From positions 128,001-192,000 of the forward strand of contig CAWDTA010000005.1 in assembly GCA_963805085.1 (NCBI GenBank): a stretch of DNA of 64,000 nt, given 5' to 3'. This DNA comes from an uncultured Veillonellaceae bacterium (GTDB taxonomy: Bacteria > Bacillota > Negativicutes > JARBTT01). Position 1 is the first letter of the stretch. Each line of letters opens with the position of its first letter. The notes beneath the pieces were generated by a model. The model ran no database searches. It was not told the DNA's origin and was given only the letters and a program-made list of their open reading frames with translations. The position numbers and the translations under genes were made by a program. Of the stretch, positions 53,698 through 63,802 are shown piece by piece.

Positions 53698-55155
53698 ATG
53701 GGAGAAATTACAGTCGTTGGACTTGGGCCGGGTTCGCTCGGTTTTATTACTTTAGAAACATGGGACAAGCTTGCTGGTGAGGACACGCTGCTGCTTAGAA
53801 CAACGAAACATCCGACCGTAGAAGAAATGAAAAAGCGCAATGTTACCTTTACTTCTTACGATCACATTTATGATACGAAAGCAACGTTTGAAGAGGTTTA
53901 TCAAGCCATTGCTCAAGATGTCGTCAATAGAGCAAAACAGGGGGATAATATCGTGTATGCAGTACCGGGAAGCCCATTGGTTGCTGAAAAAACAGTTATG
54001 TTAATTCGTGATTTTGCAATCGCTGAACATATAGCTGTGCATATTTTGCCCGGAATGAGTTTTATTGAGATTCTTTATGTAAAACTAGGAATCGATCCTA
54101 TTGATGGCTTAACGGTCATTGATAGTGAAGATATCGAGTCCTTACCAAAGGACATGCCAACGGCGATTGTAGTGACACAAGTATATAATCAACAGGTGGC
54201 CTCAAATGCGAAACTTAGTTTGATGGAAGCCTATCCAGATGATTTTCAGGTTACGTTATTGCACAATCTTGGCCTGCCCGATGAAGAAATTAGGGCAATA
54301 CCGCTTTACGAGCTTGATAGACAGCCAAACATCGATCACTTAACCAGTGTGTATATTCCAGCTTTTACACATCAGCAGCGAACGTTTGAACTCGCGCCAA
54401 TTGTAGACGTAATGCAGCGATTACGTTCGCCTGGTGGTTGCATCTGGGATATTGAACAAACCCATAAATCGTTACGTCGTTATATTGTTGAGGAAGTATA
54501 TGAAGTGCTGGAAGCCATTGATCTTGAAGATTCGGAACTTCTTTGTGAAGAATTGGGTGATTTATTACTACAAATTGTATTTCATGCACGGATGGCAGAA
54601 GAGACTTGTGAATTTACGATGCAGGATGTTGTTGATACCGTAACTGAAAAAATGATTCGCCGTCATCCACATGTATTTGGTGATGTTTCTGTACGTGATG
54701 CTGGTGAGGTTGTCCTGAATTGGGATGCCATAAAGAAAGAAGAAAAAGGCGATCAACGTAAATCTATTTTAGACGGCGTACCAAAAGATTTACCGAGTTT
54801 AATGAGAGCCTATAAATTACAACATAAAGCTGCGAAAGTCGGGTTTGATTGGGATAATATTGCGCCAGTTTGGGATAAAATAAATGAAGAGATTGCCGAA
54901 TTGAAAAAAGCGATAAAAGAAAATGATCAATCAGAGATTGAAGCCGAATTTGGTGATGTATTGTTTTCGATTGTCAACTTATCGCGATTCTTAAATGTTG
55001 ATGCAGAAGTTAGCTTAAATATGACGAATAATAAGTTCATTCGTCGGTTTTCTTATATAGAAAACAATGTAAAAGAGAAGGGGAAAGAGTGGAAAAAAGT
55101 CACTTTAAAAGAGCTAAATCAGTACTGGGATGAGTCAAAAGTTTCATATTTATAA
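53698..55155 (+). CDS. yabN: Tetrapyrrole methylase-like / MazG pyrophosphohydrolase fusion (YabN)
   Basis: VVGLGPG, YAVPGSP, GCIWD.EQTH, EELGDLLLQ, RRHPHVF, EFGDVLF. Confidence 0.92.
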   Translation: MGEITVVGLGPGSLGFITLETWDKLAGEDTLLLRTTKHPTVEEMKKRNVTFTSYDHIYDTKATFEEVYQAIAQDVVNRAKQGDNIVYAVPGSPLVAEKTVMLIRDFAIAEHIAVHILPGMSFIEILYVKLGIDPIDGLTVIDSEDIESLPKDMPTAIVVTQVYNQQVASNAKLSLMEAYPDDFQVTLLHNLGLPDEEIRAIPLYELDRQPNIDHLTSVYIPAFTHQQRTFELAPIVDVMQRLRSPGGCIWDIEQTHKSLRRYIVEEVYEVLEAIDLEDSELLCEELGDLLLQIVFHARMAEETCEFTMQDVVDTVTEKMIRRHPHVFGDVSVRDAGEVVLNWDAIKKEEKGDQRKSILDGVPKDLPSLMRAYKLQHKAAKVGFDWDNIAPVWDKINEEIAELKKAIKENDQSEIEAEFGDVLFSIVNLSRFLNVDAEVSLNMTNNKFIRRFSYIENNVKEKGKEWKKVTLKELNQYWDESKVSYL

Positions 55156-55258
55156 GAATATCGCGAAATTTTGGCAATTTTTTTTCCAAATAAAGAGGAA
55201 TAAATCAAGTAATAGCGAATTAAGCTATTCGTAATCATTTCAAAAGGAGGCTAATTTT

Positions 55259-55534
55259 GTGAATAAAACTGAATTAGTAGCTAGTGTAGCAGAAAAGGCT
55301 GGCTTAACAAAAAAAGATGCTGAGAAAGCGGTAAATGCATTATTTGCAAGTGTTGAAGAAGCATTAGTGGCAAATGATAAAGTGCAAGTAATTGGGTTTG
55401 GTACTTTTGAAGTAAAAGAACGCGAAGCAAGAAAAGGTCGCAACCCACAAACTGGTGCAGAAATAACAATTCCTGCATCTAAAAATCCTGTATTCAAAGC
55501 AGGTAAAGGTCTTAAAGACGCTGTTAATATGTAA
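55259..55534 (+). CDS. hup: DNA-binding protein HU
   Basis: [27 protein letters not shown]; sigma-H-like promoter at 55194-55220. Confidence 0.97.
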   Translation: MNKTELVASVAEKAGLTKKDAEKAVNALFASVEEALVANDKVQVIGFGTFEVKEREARKGRNPQTGAEITIPASKNPVFKAGKGLKDAVNM

Positions 55535-55623
55535 TAAAAACGAAACCAGGTGTAATCGCCTGGTTTTTGTTTTATCTTGATCTAAAAACCGCTTGACCAA
55601 ATCATCGTGGAAGTAGAGAGATT

Positions 55624-55866
55624 TTGATGGCTAAAAAAATGAAAATTATGGTTGTAGGAACGTTATCTTTTGTTAGTATGGTGATTATTTTTACTTTTTT
55701 ATTTATCAACTTACTCCAACATAATTTTATAGGGAACAACAATACAATGAGCTCTGGCATAGCACAAGCCCCTGGCGCTTTTGGGGGACTGGTATTCGGT
55801 GATATGATGTCAGTATTGGTCATTCTTGTATTTATGAGCGGCCTTATTTATTTTATAGCAAAATAA
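55624..55866 (+). CDS. Small two-TM hypothetical protein
   Basis: Two hydrophobic segments; co-oriented with the phoP cluster. Confidence 0.6.
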   Translation: MMAKKMKIMVVGTLSFVSMVIIFTFLFINLLQHNFIGNNNTMSSGIAQAPGAFGGLVFGDMMSVLVILVFMSGLIYFIAK

Positions 55867-55907
55867 TGATATTATAAAAGCAGGTAAGGAAGGATAGGAG
55901 TGTTTTT

Positions 55908-56201
55908 ATGATTCAATGTCAGAAATGTAATAAGAGTATTCCTGAGGAAAAGGGACTTGTAAATACAAATACACAGACCAATGAAAAAATGGTCATATGT
56001 GAAGAGTGCTTTAAAGAATATATGGGCGTTGATTATAAGACATTTCAAGTGCGAAAAGAAAATGCAAAGCAAGGCTGCTTAGCGACGGTGGTTTGTCTAT
56101 TTGTTACAGTTTACGCATTTATGGAGTATGGAGTGTTATATGGTGTTGTCGGTTTAATCGCCACTGGGGTGATCTATTATTTTTCAGCTAAAATTAGGTA
56201 A
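55908..56201 (+). CDS. Small zinc-finger + two-TM hypothetical protein
   Basis: CQKC...CEEC then two hydrophobic helices; RBS AGGAG. Confidence 0.75.
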   Translation: MIQCQKCNKSIPEEKGLVNTNTQTNEKMVICEECFKEYMGVDYKTFQVRKENAKQGCLATVVCLFVTVYAFMEYGVLYGVVGLIATGVIYYFSAKIR

Positions 56202-56215
56202 TGATGGAGGAAAAA

Positions 56216-56908
56216 ATGCAACACAAGATATTGGTCGTTGATGATGAACAATCGATTCGTGAACTTATAACGTTTAATCTTGAAAAGGCTGGTTTTCAAG
56301 TCCTTTGCGCGGAAGATGGGTTAGAAGCATTAAGTTTGGTGCGGGCTAAAGTCGATTTGGTTATACTTGATTTGATGTTGCCGGCAATTGATGGACTAGA
56401 GGTCTGCCGACGTTTGAAAGGCGAACAACAAACAGCAGGTATTCCCGTGATTATGCTAACGGCAAAAGATGAAGAAATCGATAAAATTTTAGGCTTAGAG
56501 CTAGGGGCAGATGATTATTTGACCAAACCCTTTAGTCCGCGGGAATTGGTCGCTCGAATTAAAGCAGTGCTACGTCGGAGTTCAAAAGAAATTTCATCAA
56601 TTGGACAGCTTAGTATTGGTGAGCTAAAGATGAATTTTAATAGCTATGAAGTATTTTTGGGCAAAGAAAGTTTAGAGTTAACCCCAAAAGAGTATGAATT
56701 GCTAAAATTATTTTTGACCAACATTGGTAAAGCATATTCTAGAGAACAATTGCTTGATCAAATTTGGGGTTATGAATACTATGGTGATACGCGAACGGTG
56801 GATGTGCATATCAGACATTTGCGGGCGAAGCTAAGCGGAGATCCGAAAGTAAGTGAAGCCATTGAAACAATTCGTGGGGTAGGGTATCGTTTTACGAATA
56901 TTAAATAG
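56216..56908 (+). CDS. phoP: OmpR-family response regulator, PhoP/PhoB-like
   Basis: LDLMLP, LTAKDEEIDKILGLELGADDY.TKPF, GDTRTVDVHIRHLR; near pstB/phoU/phoR. Confidence 0.82.
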   Translation: MQHKILVVDDEQSIRELITFNLEKAGFQVLCAEDGLEALSLVRAKVDLVILDLMLPAIDGLEVCRRLKGEQQTAGIPVIMLTAKDEEIDKILGLELGADDYLTKPFSPRELVARIKAVLRRSSKEISSIGQLSIGELKMNFNSYEVFLGKESLELTPKEYELLKLFLTNIGKAYSREQLLDQIWGYEYYGDTRTVDVHIRHLRAKLSGDPKVSEAIETIRGVGYRFTNIK

Positions 56909-56930
56909 CGTAGTTGACGAGGGAGTTTTC

Positions 56931-57695
56931 ATGAATCATACAATGAAGAAGGTCGCCGTTATTACGGGCGGGACATCAGGAATTGGGTTGGCAAGTGCCA
57001 AATTATTTTTAGAGCAAGGATACCGGGTGGTTTTAATTGGCCGTACCTTGGAAAAAGGTCGGGTAGCATTGGAAGCTCTTAATGCAGATCAGGCACTGGC
57101 AATATATGTGCAGGGGAATATTGCACATATAAAAGAATGTAAGCGGATGATTACGGAAATCATTGCGCAATTTGGACAAATTGATGTACTCGTCAATGCA
57201 GCGGGAATTTATTTTGAAAAAGCACTGCTTGATATGACGGAAGAGGCGTATGAACAAATCATGGATGTGAATGTGAAAGGTACCTATTTCATGTGCCAAC
57301 AGACGATAGAATATTTACAAAAAAGCCCAGCTGGTGCAATTGTTAACGTATCTTCTGATGCAGGGCTGAATGGAAATTTTCTCTGCTCGGCCTATTGCGC
57401 TTCAAAAGGAGCTGTTACCGTTTTTAGTAAGGCACTAGCATTGGAACTAGCACCATATCATATTCGCGTGAATTGTGTTTGTCCTGGCGATATAGATACC
57501 CCACTTACAAGGGCACAATTTCGCAATCCAATGGATCCAGCAGAGGAACTTCGTGAGATGACGAGCGTTTATCCAATTGGTCGTATTGGCAAAGCCGAAG
57601 AAGTCGCAGAAGTGATTTGTTTTCTAGCCTCAAGCAAAGCAAGTTTTGTCGTCGGAGCCGCTTGGAGCGTCGATGGTGGGGTAACCGCATATTAG
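56931..57695 (+). CDS. Short-chain dehydrogenase/reductase
   Basis: TGGTSGIG, VNAAG, YCASK, PGDIDT, VDGG. Confidence 0.92.
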   Translation: MNHTMKKVAVITGGTSGIGLASAKLFLEQGYRVVLIGRTLEKGRVALEALNADQALAIYVQGNIAHIKECKRMITEIIAQFGQIDVLVNAAGIYFEKALLDMTEEAYEQIMDVNVKGTYFMCQQTIEYLQKSPAGAIVNVSSDAGLNGNFLCSAYCASKGAVTVFSKALALELAPYHIRVNCVCPGDIDTPLTRAQFRNPMDPAEELREMTSVYPIGRIGKAEEVAEVICFLASSKASFVVGAAWSVDGGVTAY

Positions 57696-57728
57696 TATAG
57701 TCTAAAAGATATTATAAACTATGGACAG

Positions 57729-57870
57729 ATAGGCAGCGGGTCGGCGTTAAGTACCCATCTGCGTCGTTACAGAAAGGTAACGCTCGTCGACGTACGGGGC
57801 ACAGTACGGCTCCTTAGCAACCCTTTACTGTGCCTAGCATCTGGGAACTTCTCACCAACCGGCAGCCTAT
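57729..57870 (-). repeat. Palindromic REP/MITE-like element, copy B (same family as 53532-53656)
   Basis: Minus strand: cagatgctaggca...cgtac-N7-gtacg...aacgacgcagatgggta; ~34-bp imperfect terminal IR. Confidence 0.8.
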
Positions 57871-58047
57871 TTTCGTATTAGCTTTAAGTGGAACGGATTT
57901 AGCTATTTTCTAAATCATCGACACAAATATCTTATTTTGTCTACAAGCTGAAAGGTATTACAAATGATATTGTAATACCTTTTTCTTTTGTATGAGGAGA
58001 AATTTATTGGCTCATACTACGTTTAGATGATGTTGAATGTTAGACAT

Positions 58048-58102
58048 TTAACACAATCTTAACAATTTTATAACAAATATGTCTTACGATTCATGGTATA
58101 GT
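58048..58102 (+). promoter_or_regulatory. Pho boxes upstream of pstB
   Basis: TTAACA-N5-TTAACA-N5-ATAACA (11-bp period, B. subtilis PhoP-type) then TGG-TATAGT extended -10. Confidence 0.7.
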
Positions 58103-58144
58103 TCCTGTATGCAAAGAGAAAATCACGATGGAGGAGTTCTATCT

Positions 58145-58900
58145 ATGGACTATAAAATTCAAGCGAATAAAGTCAATTTATTCTACGGCCAAGCGCAAGC
58201 CTTAAAGCAAATATCACTCAATGTAGAACCAAATACAGTTGTTGCCTTAATTGGTCCATCCGGATGCGGTAAGTCAACTTTTTTAAAGACGTTAAATCGA
58301 ATGAATGATTTGATTGAGAGCGTGCGAATTGAAGGCGATATTTTACTTGATGGAGTAAATCTTTATAAACCTGATACTGATGTTGTTATGCTTCGTAAAC
58401 GGATGGGAATGGTATTCCAACGCCCAAATCCATTTCCGATGTCAATTTATGATAATATTGCCTATGGGCCACGTATTCATGGAATAAAAAATAAAAAAAT
58501 ACTTGGTGAATTGGTGGAAACAAGTCTGCAAGGGGCGGCTCTTTGGGATGAAGTAAAAGATAGATTAAATGCTTCGGCGATGGGAATGTCCGGTGGGCAA
58601 CAGCAGAGGTTATGTATTGCACGGCTATTAGCTGTAGAACCAGAAGTATTATTGATGGATGAACCTTGCTCGGCCCTCGACCCAATCTCTACGATGAAAA
58701 TTGAAGAATTGGTTACTGAATTAAAACAAAAATATACAATTGTTATGGTTACGCATAATATGCAACAAGCGGCACGTGTATCGGATTATACAGCTTTCTT
58801 TTTGAACGGTAGTTTAATTGAACATGATAAAACCGATGTGATTTTTACTCGTCCGTCCAATAAAAAAACAGAGGACTATATTACGGGGCGTTTTGGTTGA
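58145..58900 (+). CDS. pstB: Phosphate ABC transporter ATPase
   Basis: [49 protein letters not shown]. Confidence 0.96.
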   Translation: MDYKIQANKVNLFYGQAQALKQISLNVEPNTVVALIGPSGCGKSTFLKTLNRMNDLIESVRIEGDILLDGVNLYKPDTDVVMLRKRMGMVFQRPNPFPMSIYDNIAYGPRIHGIKNKKILGELVETSLQGAALWDEVKDRLNASAMGMSGGQQQRLCIARLLAVEPEVLLMDEPCSALDPISTMKIEELVTELKQKYTIVMVTHNMQQAARVSDYTAFFLNGSLIEHDKTDVIFTRPSNKKTEDYITGRFG

Positions 58901-58930
58901 TAATTCATAATTTTAAAGGGGGGTATCAAT

Positions 58931-59596
58931 ATGGTAGGCGTTACAAGACAAGCGTATATCGAGGAATTGGAGACACTGAGAAAAGAAATCAGTGAAATGG
59001 GTATGGCAGTTGATAAAGGGTTAAAAGATTCTATGACTGCTTTAATAAATCGTGATATGCAATTAGCAAAAAAAGTCATGCTCGATGACGATGTTATTGA
59101 TGTAATGAATGTTAAAATCGAAGATAGTTGTATGTTACTTATCGCTAGGCAACAACCAATCGCGCGTGATTTAAGAATTATTGCAACTGGACTTAAAATT
59201 TCCACTGATTTAGAACGTATTGGGGACCACGCGCATGACATTGCTAAAACAACAATGGATTTTGATGAACAATCTTTTGTGAAAAAATTGGTGGACATTC
59301 CGCAAATGGCTGAATTTGCTGGCAAAATGCTGCGAGATGCTATCAAAGCCTATAATACCTTTGATGTAGCCTTAGCAGAACAAGTTTGTTTAGATGATGA
59401 TAAAGTTGATGAGCTTTATGCAAAGACGTTTAGAGAGCTATCAAAGTTTGTTGTTGATGATGCGGCTATGGTAAAGCAAGCAACGCAATTAATTTTTATC
59501 GCTCGTTATTTAGAACGTGTTGCCGATCATGCAACTAATATTGCTGAATGGGTAATTTATTTGGTTACAGCAGAACGAATTCGTAAAGATAGATAA
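58931..59596 (+). CDS. phoU: Phosphate signalling protein PhoU
   Basis: QQPIARDLR, DLERIGDH, DDKVD, LERVADHATNIAE. Confidence 0.96.
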   Translation: MVGVTRQAYIEELETLRKEISEMGMAVDKGLKDSMTALINRDMQLAKKVMLDDDVIDVMNVKIEDSCMLLIARQQPIARDLRIIATGLKISTDLERIGDHAHDIAKTTMDFDEQSFVKKLVDIPQMAEFAGKMLRDAIKAYNTFDVALAEQVCLDDDKVDELYAKTFRELSKFVVDDAAMVKQATQLIFIARYLERVADHATNIAEWVIYLVTAERIRKDR

Positions 59597-59610
59597 CGCT
59601 ATAGGAGTAT

Positions 59611-59664
59611 AAATAAAATGAGCTATTGCAAAATTGAAATTTTGCAATAGCTCATTTTATTTAT
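59611..59664. terminator. Bidirectional terminator between phoU and phoR
   Basis: aataaaatgagctattgcaaaat / attttgcaatagctcattttatt. Confidence 0.85.
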
Positions 59665-59673
59665 ACTCCTATT

Positions 59674-61452
59674 TTATTTTGTCAAGGGAATGTTGAAGGT
59701 AAACGTTGTCCCTATATTGATCTTACTTTCGACCTTAATTTTACCACCAAAAATTTCGATGATAAAGCGCACGAGTGATAAGCCAATACCTGAACCACCC
59801 TCTTTACGGGAGCGTGCCCTATCCGCGCGATAGAATCGGTCAAAAATGAAGGGGAGGTCTGCTGGTGCGATACCAATACCACTATCTTTTACACTAACCC
59901 AAATATGATCCTCTTGCTGCCAGCACTTTAATACGATTTCTCCTTGATTTGGTGTATATTTTATGGCATTTTCAACTAAATTAATGATAAGTTGCATCAT
60001 CCAATCATAATTGGCTTTCAGTGTGGGAAGATCTTGAGGAACCTCGAGCGAAAATGTTTGGTTTTTATCAGTAATTAGTGGCAATAATTTTTGAGTTGCT
60101 GCTTGGAAAACTTGCTTGATATCAATATAGTCTAATTGAATTTGTTTTCGATATTCTTTTGTGTCCAGCTTCGCAAGTTGTAATAAATCTTTAATCAAAC
60201 GATGCATTCGCTCAGATTCAGTGTGAATAATGCCGACGAATTTTTGACTGAGCGCAGGACTTTCCAGAGCCCCGTCTAGTAGTGTTTCAGCAAACCCTTT
60301 GATGGAGGTCAGCGGTGTTGCAAGTTCATGCGAAGCGTTGGTGACGAACTCTACCTGCCTGTCGTATATTTCTTGCATAACCGAGACATCATGGAAAACA
60401 CTAAGGACACTAGTCGTATCATCGCCACTTGCAATTGGAGCAAAAAATATTTGGAAGGTCTTTGGTGTATCTTGAATTTTAATTTTTAAGTGTATTGATT
60501 TACTTTGCTTTGTGGATAAAACATCGGTAGCGGTAGATGTGATAAGACTATTGCCGATTACGCTAATGCTATGTTTTCCTAGCATAGATGGTGAAATAGC
60601 AAAAAGCTCCTTCGCAGTTTTATTTGCTGTCGTTACATTACCATAACTGTCTAGTAAAATAACAGCGTTATCCATATTTTCCAAAATTAACGATAACTTT
60701 TTTGCTTCCGAATCAATTTCTATGATTTTTTCTTCGAGTTTAGAAGTCAAATGGTTAAGGGTATGGGCAAGAACTTCGATTTCATCATTGGTGTGTAGAT
60801 GAATACGTTCACTAATATGACCGTCGGCAATTCTTTCGGCAATTGCTGTAATCTCTTTGATGGGCTTCGTGTTTTTATACGCGAGCCAAGCACCAACTAG
60901 AATTGTGATAAAAATAGTAACCACGAGTGCTGATAGTATAACGGTTTTTGTGGAATTATAACTTTCTTCGATCGGCGTTAATGTTGTAGCAGTACGGACG
61001 ATGCCCAAAAGATGACTGTTTCGGTAAAAAGGTATTGCAACATACAGCATATTTTGTTCTATTGTTGTACTATAACGAATTGCTGTCGCATAATCACTAT
61101 GAAAGGCAGCTTGTATTTCTTGACGTTCTAAATGATTATCTAGGTCAGAAGCGTTTTCCCAGGAATCAGCAAGAACATTACCGGATAAATCAAGGATAGT
61201 AATTCTAAGATTTACCATACTGCTGATCTTTTTAATTTCAGTTTCTATATTAGCTTGTTTGCTAGAGTCAGAAAGAGTTGGTTCTAGTGTGGTTTCGATT
61301 ATTTTAGCATTATTAATTAAGTGAAGTGTCTCGTTTTCTAGGTTTTGTGTATAAAAAAAATGTAATAAGTAAGCACCTAGTAAAGATAATGATAAAATGG
61401 TTATAATAAGAGTAGAAAAAATGATACGATTACGTATGCCAAGTGGAAACAT
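59674..61452 (-). CDS. phoR: Sensor histidine kinase, PhoR-like (TM-HAMP-PAS-HisKA-HATPase)
   Basis: NASHELATPLTSIKGFAETLLDG, NLVENAIKY, DSGIGI, FDRFYR, GGSGIGL. Confidence 0.85.
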   Translation of the reverse strand: MFPLGIRNRIIFSTLIITILSLSLLGAYLLHFFYTQNLENETLHLINNAKIIETTLEPTLSDSSKQANIETEIKKISSMVNLRITILDLSGNVLADSWENASDLDNHLERQEIQAAFHSDYATAIRYSTTIEQNMLYVAIPFYRNSHLLGIVRTATTLTPIEESYNSTKTVILSALVVTIFITILVGAWLAYKNTKPIKEITAIAERIADGHISERIHLHTNDEIEVLAHTLNHLTSKLEEKIIEIDSEAKKLSLILENMDNAVILLDSYGNVTTANKTAKELFAISPSMLGKHSISVIGNSLITSTATDVLSTKQSKSIHLKIKIQDTPKTFQIFFAPIASGDDTTSVLSVFHDVSVMQEIYDRQVEFVTNASHELATPLTSIKGFAETLLDGALESPALSQKFVGIIHTESERMHRLIKDLLQLAKLDTKEYRKQIQLDYIDIKQVFQAATQKLLPLITDKNQTFSLEVPQDLPTLKANYDWMMQLIINLVENAIKYTPNQGEIVLKCWQQEDHIWVSVKDSGIGIAPADLPFIFDRFYRADRARSRKEGGSGIGLSLVRFIIEIFGGKIKVESKINIGTTFTFNIPLTK

Positions 61453-61599
61453 AAAGGACCTCCTTATCGTTCGATTTTATGGCTATGTGAGTAAAATATA
61501 ATAATAAATCATAAAAAATAAATTGATTTTCTAATTATAGCTTAACAAAACAGCTACTTTATATTATAGTATATAAGAGGTTGGTTGGAGGACTAAAAT

Positions 61600-62757
61600 A
61601 TGTATTCAAACAAAAAAAGTTTTCTTATTGTTACGGCTTCTATTGGTGCAGGCCATAATCGAGCAGCAGAGGCAATCGGCAATGAGATAAAAATTAAATA
61701 TCCACAGGCTGAGATACATATTGTTGATTTTATGTCAACAAAGACGGCTTATCTCAATGGAATTTTAAAAGAGGCCTATTTAAAGATGTTAAGTCTAGTA
61801 CCTGATATGTACGAGTTTTTATATAGTTTTACACGTGGTAAATTTCAGGGATTTTCAGTGCAAAGTCTATTGGCATTGGCGATGAAGAATGATATGGAAT
61901 CACTGGTAAGGCGTTATCATGCCGATGTTGTAATTTGTACGCATCCATTTCCTTGTGCAGCCGCGGCACATTTGAAGAAAACAAATCAAGTGGATGTTAT
62001 CCTCGGAGGAGTTATCACAGACTTTTCAATTCACCAATTATGGGTGTATAAAAATGTCGATTTGTATTTTGTTGGTAATGAGATGCTGCGCAGTGAACTT
62101 GCTCAAAAGGGAATTGAAGCGTGGCGTATTTATGATACGGGAATTCCCATCGATAGTTATTTTAACCAAAGTTATGATAAAGCAGTATTAACGGAAAAAT
62201 TACAATTGGATATTACCAGTCCAATCATTTTGATTATGGGCGGTGGACTCGGACTGGGTGGTGTTAGTATGGCTTTAAAAAGTTTAGAAGAGCTTAAGGC
62301 AAAGGTGCAAATTATTGTCGTTGCTGGTGAAAATCAAAATTTATGGGCAAATTTGAAACTGCAAGCCAGTAAATCAAAACATCATATTCAAGTTTGGGGA
62401 TTTTCGAATACTGTGCAAGAGTTAATGGCAGTATCGACCATTCTGATTAGTAAGCCTGGCGCGCTTACTATTAGTGAGGCATTGGCGATGGAATTGCCGA
62501 TGATTTTGAATGAGCCAATTCCAGGGCAGGAAAAAGAAAATGCGGCTTATGTAGAAAATACAGGTTCAGCGATTTGGATTAAGGATAGCGCTAAGTTGAC
62601 TAGCGTAGTTGAAGAATTAATTTCCCAACCGGAAAAACTAATCGCAATGCGGCAACAAGCCCAAAAATATAAAAGACCAGAGGCTGCCCATGATATTGTT
62701 AAACATATTGCAGCCCATATAAACAAACAAGAACAAGTTGTCGGATTAAGTATGTAA
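61600..62757 (+). CDS. MGDG synthase-family diacylglycerol glycosyltransferase (UgtP-like)
   Basis: ASIGAGH, CTHPF, ITDF..H..W, TGIPI, MGGGLG, SKPGALT.SEA, PGQE.EN. Confidence 0.9.
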   Translation: MYSNKKSFLIVTASIGAGHNRAAEAIGNEIKIKYPQAEIHIVDFMSTKTAYLNGILKEAYLKMLSLVPDMYEFLYSFTRGKFQGFSVQSLLALAMKNDMESLVRRYHADVVICTHPFPCAAAAHLKKTNQVDVILGGVITDFSIHQLWVYKNVDLYFVGNEMLRSELAQKGIEAWRIYDTGIPIDSYFNQSYDKAVLTEKLQLDITSPIILIMGGGLGLGGVSMALKSLEELKAKVQIIVVAGENQNLWANLKLQASKSKHHIQVWGFSNTVQELMAVSTILISKPGALTISEALAMELPMILNEPIPGQEKENAAYVENTGSAIWIKDSAKLTSVVEELISQPEKLIAMRQQAQKYKRPEAAHDIVKHIAAHINKQEQVVGLSM

Positions 62758-62949
62758 GCGGAAACACCTTATGAAATTTGTGAGTAAGGTGTTTTTCATT
62801 GGTTATAGAGAAATAACATAAAATTTCAAAATAATTGTAAATAAAAGATAAGATTTCATTAATTAAATTAGGTGAACACAATGAAACACCAAAATATAGG
62901 TATACAATAAAATGGGACTATGGTATCATGAATTTATAACAAGAAAGTT

Positions 62950-63174
62950 GTGGTGAGAAGAATGGATCCTGTAAAAATAGTAAAAGATAGTGACGGTGTT
63001 TGTGAATGTCCGCAATGTGCAAATGCTTTACGATATATAGAAGCGCAGCCAGTAACTGTAGTGGATGGTAAGTTAAATCTTGCTGATAGTGAAGCGCATT
63101 ATAAATGTGAGTCATGTCATTTATCATTTCGTCGATTAGTTCATACAGAGTATTTTCAATGTTATACTAAATAA
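62950..63174 (+). CDS. Small zinc-ribbon protein
   Basis: CPQC...CESC; followed by terminator-like hairpin at ~63175-63230. Confidence 0.7.
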   Translation: MVRRMDPVKIVKDSDGVCECPQCANALRYIEAQPVTVVDGKLNLADSEAHYKCESCHLSFRRLVHTEYFQCYTK

Positions 63175-63238
63175 AAATAAAAGTGCAAATTATTTTATGC
63201 TTTACTAAAATAATTTGCACTTTTATTTTTTCTAGCGG

Positions 63239-63802
63239 TTGATGAATGCAGTATCCTATGCGATAATTAAAAATAAAAAGTTGGTGAACATGATGTTAAT
63301 GATGAAAAAAAGTATGATCGTTTTCATTTTGGGGGTTTGTATAGTTTCAACGCAACCTACAGCCTTTATGCAAGAGCAAACGGTACCAGGTGCGGAGAGT
63401 GGTGATAAAGCAAAAAAAGAAGGTGTGCAAGGAAAAGCACCAGAAGAATTTATTATCACCAAAGCAGATCAGAGCCATACAATAAAAGTAAAACCGAATG
63501 ATACGCTGCAGCTCCGTTTATCTGAAAATCCAAGTACAGGGTATACATGGAAATTTAGTAATTTTGATGATCGTTATTTTGATATACTCAATATAGAAAG
63601 CTTTATACCGAATAATTTAATGCCAATGGTCGGACAACCGGGATTAAAGGTGATTACGCTAAAAGTCAAAAAGGTGGGAACTTCGACGATTGATTTACTA
63701 AATTATCGCGATTGGGAAGGTGCTAGTAATGCGATTGATCAGTTCTCGGTGACAGTAACTGTTGTGGATAAAGTTGAAGATGAGGTAAAGGAAGAAAAAT
63801 AG
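63239..63802 (+). CDS. Exported chagasin-family (I42) cysteine protease inhibitor (true start probably ~63290-63302)
   Basis: Signal peptide-like MKKSMIVFILGVCI; LSENPSTGYTW, VGQPG, YRDWE. Confidence 0.85.
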   Translation: MMNAVSYAIIKNKKLVNMMLMMKKSMIVFILGVCIVSTQPTAFMQEQTVPGAESGDKAKKEGVQGKAPEEFIITKADQSHTIKVKPNDTLQLRLSENPSTGYTWKFSNFDDRYFDILNIESFIPNNLMPMVGQPGLKVITLKVKKVGTSTIDLLNYRDWEGASNAIDQFSVTVTVVDKVEDEVKEEK

